Shown one piece after another: positions 9,980 through 20,121 of a stretch of DNA of 50,825 bases (positions within the stretch are counted from its first letter, which is position 1; each line of letters begins with the position of its first letter). The DNA comes from a phage, in the sequence record PZ452600.1. The stretch is one strand, 5' to 3'. The translations under genes and the position numbers were made by a program. Under the pieces are notes generated by a model. The model was not told the origin of the DNA, did not search any database, and was given only the letters and a program-made list of their open reading frames with translations.

Positions 9980-10297
9980 ATGGCAAAGATGAAACTAACG
10001 TTAGGCCCACTGCCTGATTTTAAGCTGCCTGTTTCTTTCGTGCTTCCAAATGGTGATGAGCAAGTTATTGTTTTTACCGTGCGCCACAAGAAGGCAAGCG
10101 AAATTCACGAACGATACACGGCAGAAAAGCCGATGAGCGACGTAGAAATGATCACCTTCCTTGCTTCCGGTTGGGATTTGGAAGATGAATTTAACGAGGA
10201 AAACGTTGCTAAATTGCTGGATTATTACCCGTCTGCGTCATTATCGCTGACTGGTCATTATATGAAAGCACTTGCGGGGCAGCGGGTAAAAAACTAA
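9980..10297 (+). CDS. tail assembly chaperone (lambda gpG analog)
   Basis: AAGGAG RBS; ORF ends just after slippery heptamer A_AAA_AAC (10288-10294); directly upstream of tape measure. Confidence 0.75.
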   Translation: MAKMKLTLGPLPDFKLPVSFVLPNGDEQVIVFTVRHKKASEIHERYTAEKPMSDVEMITFLASGWDLEDEFNEENVAKLLDYYPSASLSLTGHYMKALAGQRVKN

Positions 10298-10614
10298 AGC
10301 GGGCGGTTTACCTGTTTTACCTCAAGCCGCCAACTGACGCACAATTAGAGGCCGTCGGCCTATCCCGTTCAGACTACGAAGGGGAGGATCCGCCGGAGGT
10401 AATTTTTGATGAATCAATGTTTCAATCTTGGGATCTGTTTTGCGCTATGCAGACGCAATGGAGATCGACTAGCGGCAGTGTGTATGGGTTCGACTATAAC
10501 GTTTTGCCTATGCTTTTTGACATTTACAAGATTGAGGATCGGGAGATGGCGCTAAATGATTTGCGCATCATGGAACAAAAGGCGCTAGAAATGATTCATT
10601 CAAACAAAACATAA
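9980..10614 (+). CDS. tail assembly chaperone G-T fusion (programmed -1 frameshift product)
   Basis: -1 frame is open from the slippery site into ORF 10417-10614 with no stop; the downstream ORF has no RBS of its own. Confidence 0.7.
10288..10294 (+). promoter_or_regulatory. -1 programmed ribosomal frameshift slippery heptamer (A_AAA_AAC)
   Basis: Zero-frame codons gtA AAA AAC followed by TAA; -1 frame open to 10614. Confidence 0.7.
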
Positions 10615-10634
10615 GCGCCGCGAGGCGCTTTTTT
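10615..10634 (+). terminator. intrinsic terminator after G-T
   Basis: GCGCC-GCGA-GGCGC + T6. Confidence 0.6.
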
Positions 10635-10653
10635 AATATCTGGAGGTTTTAAA

Positions 10654-13335
10654 ATGGCTGAAAAATACGCTGGCCTAACGCTAGGCGTTGACGTGTCGCA
10701 GGTCAACAATGCTGTTAAATCATTGCAGCAATTCAAGAAGGCAAACGACGACGCAAAAAAAAGCGTTAATGAATTTGTTGATTCTGAGGTTGTGGCGCGA
10801 CAGCAAGCAAAACAGTTTGCCGAAGAACTGGCGCGCCAGAAAGCAGAATTTAAGAAAATCCAGGAGTCAATTGATCCCACCGCGTCAAAGATGGATAAGC
10901 TGCGAAAGGCAGCGACACAGCTTGATGCGCTATGGAAAAAGGGCATTGTTCCTGATGAGACTTTTTTTGAGCTTGGGGCAATTCTTGAGACACAGCAAAA
11001 CAAGCTGATCGCAACCAAAAAAGCGATGACAGAGGAAGGACGCGCGGCACTTGAGGAATCAAAGAACAAAGCGCGTGCAGCGGAAGAGGCTAAAAAATTC
11101 GTCCAGGCTTTGCGTGAGCAGGAAGAAGCAGCCGGAAAAAGCAAGTCTGAATTGCTGGAAATGAAAGCGGCACAGCTTGGTGTTAGCCAGGAGGCAGCGC
11201 CTTACATCGCAAGGCTGAAAGAGCAGGAAAAGCAGATCCAAAAACTTGGAATTTCTACGGGTCAATACAAACAAGCAATGGCGCAATTGCCAATGCAGAT
11301 CACAGACGTGGTGACTTCACTTGCTTCTGGAATGCCTGTTTGGTTGGTCGCAATCCAGCAGGGCGGACAGATTAAGGATTCTTTTGGTGGCGCATCCAAT
11401 GCTTTAAAAGCGTTGCTATCTTTCCTGAATCCGGCAAACGTGGCGTTTGGCTTACTTTCAGGCACGCTGGCAATTGCTGCATATAATGCCTACAAAACAC
11501 AGACAGAGTTTGAGGCAATTAAAAAAACCGTTCAGGAAACAACTGGCTTGACTGGTGATTTTGCCGAAAAGATTGCTACCGGAATACAGGAGCTTTCCGA
11601 CAAGACAGGCGAAAGCGCCGAAGATCTTGCAAAGGCTTACATCACCACGAAAGACGGCGCGAGCGAGGCGATTAAAAAACTGGTTGACGTTGGCATGACT
11701 TATGATGACGCAAAAAAGAAAGTCAACGAGTACAAGGGCGCGTCTAGCTTTGTCAGCTTGAATAACGAAATTGCAAACCACAAAAACAAAGTCCTTGAGT
11801 TGGGCGATTCGTGGTATGAGGTTTTGAAAGCGAAGCGTGATTACGCTTCCCCGTCCGGCGGCCTGTTAGGTAAGGAGCTTGGCTATGTTAACCCTATGCT
11901 TAAGTTTGCACTTAACACTTATGAAGACATTGGAAAGGTCGTAAAAGATGCGAATAAGGACATGGCGGAACGAGCGGAAAGGATCGACAAAGAAAACTTG
12001 GCCTTAAACAGAGTGCGCGCAGCACAGGAGGCTTTAAACAAAGCCATTGAGGATCAGAAAAATGTGGCGCGTTCGGCTGATGAAGAACTGAAAAAGCGCG
12101 CGGCTGAAAACGTGGAGTTTAGGCGCAAAGAGCTTGAGGAAATCAAGAAGCAGGAGCAGAAAAAGAAAGAGGCTAAAGGTGGAATAGTTCGCGGCCCGAC
12201 TGAGCAGCTTGATAAAGAGTTGTACGTTTTAAAAGCGCAACTGGAGATGCTTAAAGAGCATCGCACTGTTAACGATGTTATTTCTCGCCAGCGTAAATCA
12301 TTATGGAGTATCGAAAAGCAGATCGAGATCCTGGAGGAAGCGCAGAGCAAGCGTAAATTGACCGGAGCGGAACAGGCGCTACTAAACGAGCAAAAAGCCG
12401 TTCTTGAAATGGCAAGGCAAAAAGCGGAGCTAGGGGATCAGATTGTTTTACAGGAGCGCAAAAACAAGCTGGAGCAAGATAGCATTAAGTTTATCCGTGA
12501 AACTCAGGCGGCTATTGATGTGCTTGGCCTTAAGCAACTTGGCTACACTGAAAAGCAGATCGAGCGTGAGCTAGAGTTACGCAAGCTGCGCACCGACTAC
12601 GAGGCGCAAGGCGGAAGCGTTAGCGATGAAGTTTTTCAGCAAATGGAGGCGAAACTTAAGCAGTATTATCAGACACAGGATGAGGTTCAAGGCAACTGGT
12701 TGGCAGGAGCAAAAAACGCATGGGAGATGTTCGCGGAAGATGCAAACAATGCCTATGGCAATGTTCAGCAGATCGCAAGCGAGGCGTTAAACGGCCTTAC
12801 AAACCAATTAGCGAATTTTATCGCTACTGGCAAGGCAAACTTTAAAGACTTCTCGACGGCTATCATCAAAATGATTATTCAGATGATCACGAAAATGGTC
12901 GTCTTTAATGCGTTATCTGGCCTGATGGGTGGTCAAACCTGGACGATGGGGAGCTTGCTTAAGAATATTGGCGGATTTGCTGGCGGTGGATACACTGGAG
13001 ACGGCGGGAAGTATGAGCCAGCCGGAATTGTCCATAAAGGTGAATTTGTCATGACGAAGGAGGCGACGCAGCGTATCGGGGTAGGAAACTTGTACCGCAT
13101 GATGCGAGGCTATGCTAACGGCGGCGTTGTTGGTAGTTCCGGCTATACTGGCGGTGGCGCTGTAACTGGTGGAGCACCTCAATTTAACATCGGCGGGATT
13201 GATGTTAGCATCACTAACGGAAACGATCCGAAGGGCATCGAAACTGGTGTTAAGATGATCTTTACTGATATGATTAAACGTTCCTGTATGCAGGGCGGCG
13301 AGGTTTACGAATTTGTTATGAGCAAGCGAGGTTGA
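10654..13335 (+). CDS. tail tape measure protein
   Basis: 893 aa; long coiled-coil-rich centre, Gly-rich C-terminus; follows G/G-T. Confidence 0.9.
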   Translation: MAEKYAGLTLGVDVSQVNNAVKSLQQFKKANDDAKKSVNEFVDSEVVARQQAKQFAEELARQKAEFKKIQESIDPTASKMDKLRKAATQLDALWKKGIVPDETFFELGAILETQQNKLIATKKAMTEEGRAALEESKNKARAAEEAKKFVQALREQEEAAGKSKSELLEMKAAQLGVSQEAAPYIARLKEQEKQIQKLGISTGQYKQAMAQLPMQITDVVTSLASGMPVWLVAIQQGGQIKDSFGGASNALKALLSFLNPANVAFGLLSGTLAIAAYNAYKTQTEFEAIKKTVQETTGLTGDFAEKIATGIQELSDKTGESAEDLAKAYITTKDGASEAIKKLVDVGMTYDDAKKKVNEYKGASSFVSLNNEIANHKNKVLELGDSWYEVLKAKRDYASPSGGLLGKELGYVNPMLKFALNTYEDIGKVVKDANKDMAERAERIDKENLALNRVRAAQEALNKAIEDQKNVARSADEELKKRAAENVEFRRKELEEIKKQEQKKKEAKGGIVRGPTEQLDKELYVLKAQLEMLKEHRTVNDVISRQRKSLWSIEKQIEILEEAQSKRKLTGAEQALLNEQKAVLEMARQKAELGDQIVLQERKNKLEQDSIKFIRETQAAIDVLGLKQLGYTEKQIERELELRKLRTDYEAQGGSVSDEVFQQMEAKLKQYYQTQDEVQGNWLAGAKNAWEMFAEDANNAYGNVQQIASEALNGLTNQLANFIATGKANFKDFSTAIIKMIIQMITKMVVFNALSGLMGGQTWTMGSLLKNIGGFAGGGYTGDGGKYEPAGIVHKGEFVMTKEATQRIGVGNLYRMMRGYANGGVVGSSGYTGGGAVTGGAPQFNIGGIDVSITNGNDPKGIETGVKMIFTDMIKRSCMQGGEVYEFVMSKRG

Positions 13336-13337
13336 TA

Positions 13338-13688
13338 ATGAAGCTGGATCAGTTTAAGTGGTGTACGCAGGTTCAGAATGGTGGCGGGGCCATGACGTCA
13401 TCGAATAACGATCGAGAGATTGCATTCGGTAACGGATACACACAGGTAGCATCTGGAGGTTTTAACACAATCCGGCGAGAGTTCAGCATTGTTTACGCTG
13501 GGCTTGATTACAGAGATGTTGTCAAGTTCCTGAATGAGCACAGGCTAAAACCTTTCTTGTGGATCATGCCAGATGGAAGCCCTGGATTGTTTAGGGTGAA
13601 AAGCGGTAGCGTCGGCCTTACTCCATTGTCGCCAACCGTTCAGGAAGTAAAAGCCACTTTTACGGAACAATTTACATCAATGCAGTAA
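13338..13688 (+). CDS. minor tail protein (lambda gpM-like)
   Basis: ATG 13338 just after the tape-measure stop (track start 13332 is TTG); first of M-L-K-I-J-like series. Confidence 0.6.
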   Translation: MKLDQFKWCTQVQNGGGAMTSSNNDREIAFGNGYTQVASGGFNTIRREFSIVYAGLDYRDVVKFLNEHRLKPFLWIMPDGSPGLFRVKSGSVGLTPLSPTVQEVKATFTEQFTSMQ

Positions 13689-13693
13689 TTTAA

Positions 13694-13717
13694 AGCCGCC
13701 TTTGTGCGGCTTTTTTC
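13694..13717 (+). terminator. intrinsic terminator after M-like gene
   Basis: GCCGC-CTTTGT-GCGGC + T6. Confidence 0.6.
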
Positions 13718-13750
13718 TTGATGTTACAATGAGCAAAAAGGAGGTAGAAA

Positions 13751-14512
13751 ATGGCTAATAAAGAATCAGGTAGAGTTGAATTTGAGAACTGCCTACAAAG
13801 TTTGTACCCAGGCGAAATTATAACGCTTGTGGAGATTGACGGGACGAAGTTCGGGGCAAATATTTACCGATTTCACAATGAGAACATCTCTTATACTGCC
13901 GAGGAATTAATGCAAGCGCAGCAAACCGGAATCTTGCCGCCGAAAGATATTATTTTTCAGGGTGATGTTTACGGAGCGCGGCCTTTCGGTGTGAGCGGGA
14001 TTAACTTCACAAGTAACGGCAGGGCAGATAAGCCTCAGCTTATAGTGTCAAACCTTGATAGCAGGGTGAGCGCCATGATCAGAAATTACAATGGCATGAT
14101 GCAAGCAAAGGTGACTTTCTGGATAACGGCAAAGGAATTTATCGGAGAAGGCGGAGCAATCAAAGATGGCGCTTACAGAAAATTGGTTTATTACATTGAG
14201 CGCCCAAGCCAGTACAATAGAGAGATAGCGAAATTTGATCTAACATCGCCTTACGATATGGATGGATTAATGATCCCGCCGCGCATCACTCAAAGCGTCT
14301 GCTATTGGGCGCAAAGGGGGTGGTACAGGAGCGGAAAGGGTTGCTCTTATAACGGATCGGCAATGTTCGATAAAGACAATAATCCAGTAACAGATCCATC
14401 ACAAGACTATTGCGCCGGGACTGTAACGGCTTGCAAATTGAGATTCGGTCAGCAAAACGAGTTGGATTTCGGCGGTTGCGCGGTGGCGTCACTGCTACGG
14501 AGGAATCAATAA
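13751..14512 (+). CDS. minor tail protein (lambda gpL-like)
   Basis: AAGGAGG RBS; C-terminal Cys cluster (CYWAQ...CSYNG...CAGTVTAC...GGC) as in gpL-type proteins. Confidence 0.7.
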   Translation: MANKESGRVEFENCLQSLYPGEIITLVEIDGTKFGANIYRFHNENISYTAEELMQAQQTGILPPKDIIFQGDVYGARPFGVSGINFTSNGRADKPQLIVSNLDSRVSAMIRNYNGMMQAKVTFWITAKEFIGEGGAIKDGAYRKLVYYIERPSQYNREIAKFDLTSPYDMDGLMIPPRITQSVCYWAQRGWYRSGKGCSYNGSAMFDKDNNPVTDPSQDYCAGTVTACKLRFGQQNELDFGGCAVASLLRRNQ

Positions 14513-15243
14513 TGATTAGTGCAAAAATTAAACTTGAAATAATGCAGCACGTTAAAGAGGAATACCCTAAAGAGGCTTGCGGCGTCATAACTCAAAAGTC
14601 ACGGGTACAGAAATATCACCGCATAACCAACGTGCATGACGATCCAGAAAATCACTTTGAAATGGACGCCGTAGAATACGCTGAATCGCTCGACAAAGGC
14701 GAATTAATCGCGGTGGTGCATTCCCATTGCGGGGATGGTGCTAGCACGATACCGAGCGCGCACGACTCATGTATGTGCGATGAAATGGGTGTGTCGTGGA
14801 TTATAGTATCATGGCCCGAAGGTGATATGAGAATTGTCGAGCCGCAGGAGAGGCCGCTTATCGGTCGCCCGTGGTCGCTGGGGTCGTTCGATTGCTGGGG
14901 TCTTATCATGGCATGGCATAAACAGCACGGAGTAGTATTGAATGACTTCCGAAAGCCTTACGAGTGGTGGAAGTCAGAATATGGTGAAAATCTTTACCAG
15001 GATAATTATTTGAAAGAGGGATTTGTTGAAACTAACGAGCCTCCAAAACCTGGTGATATGGTGATTATGCAACTATCATCACCAGTCTGGAATCATGCGG
15101 GAATTTATTTGGGTAACAACCAGCTATTACATCATGCGTTTGGAAAGCTATCTCGCATCGACTTGTATTCTGGATGGTATCAGGAGCACACTGTAAAAAT
15201 TTGCCGACATAAGGATCTGAAATATGACATTGAAAGTAATTAA
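14512..15243 (+). CDS. tail tip assembly protein (lambda gpK-like, MPN/JAMM + NlpC/P60)
   Basis: TAATG overlap with L-like stop; JAMM-like HSHCGDGASTIPSAHD then Cys/His peptidase signature FDCWG...NHAGIYLG. Confidence 0.8.
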   Translation: MISAKIKLEIMQHVKEEYPKEACGVITQKSRVQKYHRITNVHDDPENHFEMDAVEYAESLDKGELIAVVHSHCGDGASTIPSAHDSCMCDEMGVSWIIVSWPEGDMRIVEPQERPLIGRPWSLGSFDCWGLIMAWHKQHGVVLNDFRKPYEWWKSEYGENLYQDNYLKEGFVETNEPPKPGDMVIMQLSSPVWNHAGIYLGNNQLLHHAFGKLSRIDLYSGWYQEHTVKICRHKDLKYDIESN

Positions 15244-15820
15244 GCTATCTGGTTCTCTGGGGCGTAGATTTGGCGTCTTTCACAAAATGGCGGTTGACTC
15301 ATACCCCGAAGCAATACGTGCGTTATCTTCCCAGGTTGAAGGGTTCAAAGACTACATGCAAAGCGAAGTAGGATCGCGCATGAAGTACGCTGTATTCGTT
15401 GACGGTAAAAACGTTGGTCAGCATGATGAAAAATCATGGAAGTGCGCGCGAGAGGTTCGAATAGTTCCCGTTCCAACTGGTTCTAAGTCCGGCGGCCTGT
15501 TTAATGTTGTTCTTGGCGCTGCAATTATGGCTACTGCGTTCTTTACTGGTGGTGCAAGTCTTGCTGCTATGGGTGCTTTTGCATCTTCCGCATTTATGAT
15601 GGGTGGTGCTATCGCGCTTGGCGGTGTCATGCAAATGATCTCGCCGCAGCAGGGAGGAATGAAACTGCAAAGCCAATCAGCAGAAAACAAGCCTTCTTAC
15701 GCTTTCGGCGGTGCTGTAAATACCACGGCGGCAGGTTATCCGGTTCCTTTGCCATATGGATATAGGACAGTAGGCGGCGCAATCTGGTCGGCTGGCAGCT
15801 ACGCAGAAGATAAAGCATAA
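15224..15820 (+). CDS. tail assembly protein (lambda gpI-like)
   Basis: 198 aa; hydrophobic Gly/Ala-rich C-terminal segment; between K-like and J-like genes. Confidence 0.65.
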   Translation: MTLKVIKLSGSLGRRFGVFHKMAVDSYPEAIRALSSQVEGFKDYMQSEVGSRMKYAVFVDGKNVGQHDEKSWKCAREVRIVPVPTGSKSGGLFNVVLGAAIMATAFFTGGASLAAMGAFASSAFMMGGAIALGGVMQMISPQQGGMKLQSQSAENKPSYAFGGAVNTTAAGYPVPLPYGYRTVGGAIWSAGSYAEDKA

Positions 15821-15826
15821 AAAAAT

Positions 15827-15850
15827 ACCCGCCTTGCGCGGGTTTTTTTG
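15827..15850 (+). terminator. intrinsic terminator before J-like gene
   Basis: CCCGC-CTTGC-GCGGG + T7. Confidence 0.65.
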
Positions 15851-15898
15851 TGCATTTATAATGTGCAAACCAAGAAACAGCACAAAAGGTTAAAAGTC

Positions 15899-18800
15899 AT
15901 GGCTAAATATATGATAAGCGGCAGTAAGGGCGGAAGCAAAAAGCCATACGTGCCAAAAGAGATGGAAGATAACCTGATCTCGATAAACAAGATTAAAGTT
16001 TTGCTGGCTGTATCTGATGGAGAGTGCGATCCAGATTTCACGTTGCGTGATCTTTATCTTGATGATGTTCCGGTTATTGCCAGCGATGGCACTGTTAACT
16101 ATGAGGGGGTAACGGCTGAATATAGACCAGGCACACAGACGCAAGATTACATCCAGGGGTTTACTGACACATCAAGCGAGGTGACAGTTTCGCGAGACAT
16201 TACAACAGACAATCCCTATATTATCTCTGTGACAAACAAAAATCTTTCTGCAATAAGAATCAAGATTCTGATGCCAGTTGGCATAAAACAGGAGGATAAC
16301 GGCGATCTTGTTGGCGTAAGGGTTGAGTATGCCGTAGATATGGCTATTGATGGCGGTTCTTATAGCGAGGTTATGAGAGATGTAATTGACGGCAAGACAA
16401 GATCAGGATACGACCGCAGCAGAAGGATTGATCTTCCTAAGTTTGATGAGCGCGTTTTAATCCGAGTAAAGCGACTGACTCCAGACAGCACATCTTCAAA
16501 GGTGACTGATAAAATCAAGCTGCAAAGTTACGCTGAGGTTGTTGATGCAAAATTCCGTTATCCTCTGACTGGCCTTGTATTCGTAGAATTTGACAGCGAA
16601 TTGTTTCCTACGCAAATCCCTAACATTTCTATAAAAAAGAAATGGAAGATTATTAATGTGCCAAGCAACTATGATCCAATATCAAGAGAATATCACGGGT
16701 CATGGGATGGGACTTTTAAAAAAGCGTGGTCAAATAATCCCGCTTGGGTTCTTTATGATCTGGTGACAAATCAGCGTTATGGACTTGATCAGCGAGAGTT
16801 AGGAATACAGATCGACAAGTGGAGCTTATACGAGGCGGGCGTTTACTGTGATCAGAAAGTTCCAGACGGTAAGGGAGGTACAGAGCCTCGCTACCTATGC
16901 GATGTGGTGATTCAGAATCAAGTTGAGGCTTATCAGCTAATCCGTGACATTTGCTCAATCTTTCGCGGAATGAGTTTTTGGAATGGTGAGAGCTTATCAA
17001 TCGTGATTGATAAGCCACGCGATCCATCATACGTGTTTACTAATGAAAACGTCATCAACGGTGATTTTCAGTACACAACCGCAAGCGAAAAAAGCATGTA
17101 CACGCAGTGTAACGTGACGTTTGACGACGAACAAAACATGTATCAGCAGGACGTAGAGGGGGTTTTTGATACTGAGGCGGCATTACGATTTGGATACAAT
17201 CCAACAAGCATTACAGCGATCGGGTGCACACGCAGGAGCGAAGCGAATCGTCGCGGTCGGTGGGTTTTGAAAACAAACCTTAGAAGCACTACTGTAAACT
17301 TTGCTACCGGACTAGAGGGGATGATTCCATCAATAGGTGATGTTATTGCTATCGCTGATAATTTTCAGAGTAGCAACCTAACGTTAAACCTATCGGGCCG
17401 AGTAATGGAAGTTTCAGGATTGCAGGTTTTCGTTCCGTTTAAGGTTGATGCTCGCCCTGGTGATTTTATTATCATCAACAAGCCGGACGGCAAGCCAGTT
17501 AAGCGCACGATCTCAAAGGTTAGCGCAGACGGAAAAACCATTGAGTTAAATATTGGATTTGGTTTTGATGTTAAGCCTGATACTGTTTTTGCGATTGACC
17601 GTGCTGACCTTGCGTTGCAGCAATACGTTGTGACAACTATCAGCAAGGGTGATGACGAAAACGAGTTTACCTATTCAATCACGGCTGTGGAGTACGATCC
17701 GAACAAATACGACGAGATTGATTATGGCGTAAACATTGATGACAGGCCGACGTCAATTGTTCAGCCTGACGTGATGGCAGCGCCTGAGAACGTTAAGATC
17801 TCATCTTATTCTCGCGTCGTGCAGGGTGTTAGCGTTGAGACTATGGTTGTTTCATGGGATAAGGTTCCTTACGCATCGCTTTATGAAATGCAGTGGCGAA
17901 AAGGTGATGGTAACTGGCTGAATACGCCGCAGACCGCTAACAAAGAGATAGAGGTAGAAGGGATTTATTCAGGCAACTACCAAGTAAGGGTGAGATCCGT
18001 TTCTGCAAGCGGTAACACTTCCCCGTGGTCAAAGATTGCAACCGCAACCCTGACAGGTAAAGTTGGCGAGCCAGGAGCGCCGATTAATCTTACAGCTTCT
18101 GATAATGAAGTTTTTGGCATTCGTGTCAAATGGGGTATGCCGGAAGGATCAGGCGATACGGCTTACATTGAGCTTCACCAATCGCCAGACGGAACGGTTG
18201 AAAACTCAAGTCTGCTTACGCTGATTCCATATCCTCAATATGAGTATTGGCATAGCACGTTACCAGCGGGGCAAGTTGTATGGTATAGAATCCGCAGCGT
18301 TGACAGAATAGGCAACGTTTCCAGCTGGACTGACTTTGTTCGCGGTATGGCGTCAGATGATGTTGAATCTGTTTTGGGCGACATTCTGGACAAGATTTTT
18401 GATACAGAAGCTGGTCAAGAAATCAAAGAGAACGCCATAGACAGCGCCAATAAAATCAAAGACCAGGCACAATCAATCATACAGAACGCGTTGGCAAATG
18501 ATGCAGATGTGAAGTGGACGCGAGTGCAAAACGGAAAGCGTAAGGCTGAATATGGTTATGCTCTTGAGCTTATCGCCAATGAAACAGAAGCGCGCGTAAC
18601 TCAAATCGAAGAGTTAAGGGCATCAATTGATGGCGAGATAACATCAAGCATCAAGACAGTGCAGGAGGCAATTGCCACTGAATCAGAGACGCGAGCGACT
18701 CAAATTCAGCAGCTTGATTCTAAATTCACAAAAGAAATCGACGGCGTGCGCAAGGATACTTCTGCAAGCATTAGCGATGTAAGGCAGACAATCACTAACG

Positions 18801-19477
18801 AGTCAGAAGCGCGCGCTCAGGCCGTTCAGCAGCTTGACGCTAAGTTCACGAAAGAGATAAACGACCTTGACGGAGTTATCAAAACAGAAGTCGAGGCTAA
18901 CATCTCAGAAGTGAAACAGGCGATCGCCAATGAGACAGAGGCAAGGGTTCAGGCTGACCAGGCATTAACAGCACGATTTGGCGACGTTGAATCTGCATTG
19001 GTTGAAAAGTTGGATTCTTGGGCGAGCGTTGATTCAGTTGGCGCTAAATACGCTATGAAACTTGGCCTTACTTACAAAGGCCAGCAGTACAGCGCCGGAA
19101 TGGTTATGCAGTTAACGCAATCACCGCAAGGATTAATATCACAGATTCTGTTTGACGCTAACAGATTCGCGATCATGACAAGTTCTAGCGGCGGGGTATA
19201 TACGCTTCCTTTCGTGGTTGAGAATAACCAGGTTTTCATCAATAGCTTACTTGTGAAAGATGGTTCAATAACTAATGCTATGATTGGAAACTTTATTCAG
19301 TCAAACAATTTTGTTCAAAATCAGCAAGGTTGGAGGCTTGATAAAAACGGAATATTTGAAAACTACGGATCAACTCCAGGAGAGGGAGCTACTAAATTCA
19401 CCAACGAAGGATTGAAGGTAAAAGATGCAAACGGAGTATTGAGGGTTGAAGTCGGAAGGATTACCGGAAGCTGGTAA
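15899..19477 (+). CDS. central tail fibre / host specificity protein (lambda gpJ-like)
   Basis: 1192 aa from ATG 15899, downstream of terminator 15827-15850; the track ORF start at 15848 lies in the terminator. Confidence 0.85.
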   Translation: MAKYMISGSKGGSKKPYVPKEMEDNLISINKIKVLLAVSDGECDPDFTLRDLYLDDVPVIASDGTVNYEGVTAEYRPGTQTQDYIQGFTDTSSEVTVSRDITTDNPYIISVTNKNLSAIRIKILMPVGIKQEDNGDLVGVRVEYAVDMAIDGGSYSEVMRDVIDGKTRSGYDRSRRIDLPKFDERVLIRVKRLTPDSTSSKVTDKIKLQSYAEVVDAKFRYPLTGLVFVEFDSELFPTQIPNISIKKKWKIINVPSNYDPISREYHGSWDGTFKKAWSNNPAWVLYDLVTNQRYGLDQRELGIQIDKWSLYEAGVYCDQKVPDGKGGTEPRYLCDVVIQNQVEAYQLIRDICSIFRGMSFWNGESLSIVIDKPRDPSYVFTNENVINGDFQYTTASEKSMYTQCNVTFDDEQNMYQQDVEGVFDTEAALRFGYNPTSITAIGCTRRSEANRRGRWVLKTNLRSTTVNFATGLEGMIPSIGDVIAIADNFQSSNLTLNLSGRVMEVSGLQVFVPFKVDARPGDFIIINKPDGKPVKRTISKVSADGKTIELNIGFGFDVKPDTVFAIDRADLALQQYVVTTISKGDDENEFTYSITAVEYDPNKYDEIDYGVNIDDRPTSIVQPDVMAAPENVKISSYSRVVQGVSVETMVVSWDKVPYASLYEMQWRKGDGNWLNTPQTANKEIEVEGIYSGNYQVRVRSVSASGNTSPWSKIATATLTGKVGEPGAPINLTASDNEVFGIRVKWGMPEGSGDTAYIELHQSPDGTVENSSLLTLIPYPQYEYWHSTLPAGQVVWYRIRSVDRIGNVSSWTDFVRGMASDDVESVLGDILDKIFDTEAGQEIKENAIDSANKIKDQAQSIIQNALANDADVKWTRVQNGKRKAEYGYALELIANETEARVTQIEELRASIDGEITSSIKTVQEAIATESETRATQIQQLDSKFTKEIDGVRKDTSASISDVRQTITNESEARAQAVQQLDAKFTKEINDLDGVIKTEVEANISEVKQAIANETEARVQADQALTARFGDVESALVEKLDSWASVDSVGAKYAMKLGLTYKGQQYSAGMVMQLTQSPQGLISQILFDANRFAIMTSSSGGVYTLPFVVENNQVFINSLLVKDGSITNAMIGNFIQSNNFVQNQQGWRLDKNGIFENYGSTPGEGATKFTNEGLKVKDANGVLRVEVGRITGSW

Positions 19478-19506
19478 AAAAAGGGGGCATAGCCCCCTTT
19501 AATTTT
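19476..19506. terminator. bidirectional terminator between convergent J-like and receptor-binding genes
   Basis: A-run, GGGGGC-ATA-GCCCCC, T-run. Confidence 0.7.
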
Positions 19507-20119
19507 AATCATAGTGTGATGCATTTATAACCAAAACAGATGAGGCGGTGTAAATACCAACAGGTCCAGGGGTTTGTGCAACCTGCCTGGAAAAAGAGTA
19601 GATCCCGTTACCATACGCGGCAGCTTGAGACTCAAAAATCATAAATCCACCTAAAGCCGGATTAGGTACAGAGTTTAACGCTGTTAGTGATGGCATTATT
19701 GCGCAAGGGTAGCCCAGGTTAACATCAAACGCGATCCCGCTCACACCAACTTGCTTTGCATCAAGCGGCCTCATTTTTCCATGATAAACCATTTCACCAT
19801 GAGCGTTATAAAACGCTATGCCGTGACTACCTGGAGGAGTCACCATGTTACTAAAAGCATAAACAATAACCTCCCCTTGATTATCAGATCTATCAATTCT
19901 TATTGCGTGCCTTCCACCATTGTTAAATTGCGTAAATGATATGTATGATTTAGCAGTCAATCTAACAAAGAAAAAACATACCCTATCAACAGGAATTGAC
20001 GAAGTAAAAACGGTTCCGGTATTAGCAGATATTACGGCCCGATCAATTAGATTAACTGGAGTGAAATCTGGACTTAACCATAACGATCCGTCTGATTTTT
20101 TTATACTCATCCCGTACAT
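19505..20119 (-). CDS. putative receptor-binding protein
   Basis: 204 aa from ATG 20119; last gene of leftward operon that begins with the Cor/Llp-like lipoprotein; convergent with the J-like gene. Confidence 0.5.
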   Translation of the reverse strand: MYGMSIKKSDGSLWLSPDFTPVNLIDRAVISANTGTVFTSSIPVDRVCFFFVRLTAKSYISFTQFNNGGRHAIRIDRSDNQGEVIVYAFSNMVTPPGSHGIAFYNAHGEMVYHGKMRPLDAKQVGVSGIAFDVNLGYPCAIMPSLTALNSVPNPALGGFMIFESQAAAYGNGIYSFSRQVAQTPGPVGIYTASSVLVINASHYD

Positions 20120-20121
20120 TA

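Noticed and set aside
10596-12350. Several minus-strand ORFs inside the tape measure gene (10596-11144, 11059-11781, 12054-12350)
   Set aside because: Antisense to a long, well-supported coding region; Ser/Ala/Cys-rich low-complexity translations typical of antisense artefacts.
15451-15470. tRNA T-arm-like string GAGGTTCGAATAGTTCCCG
   Set aside because: Lies inside the gpI-like coding sequence with no flanking acceptor or anticodon stem complementarity; no tRNA gene called anywhere in the window.
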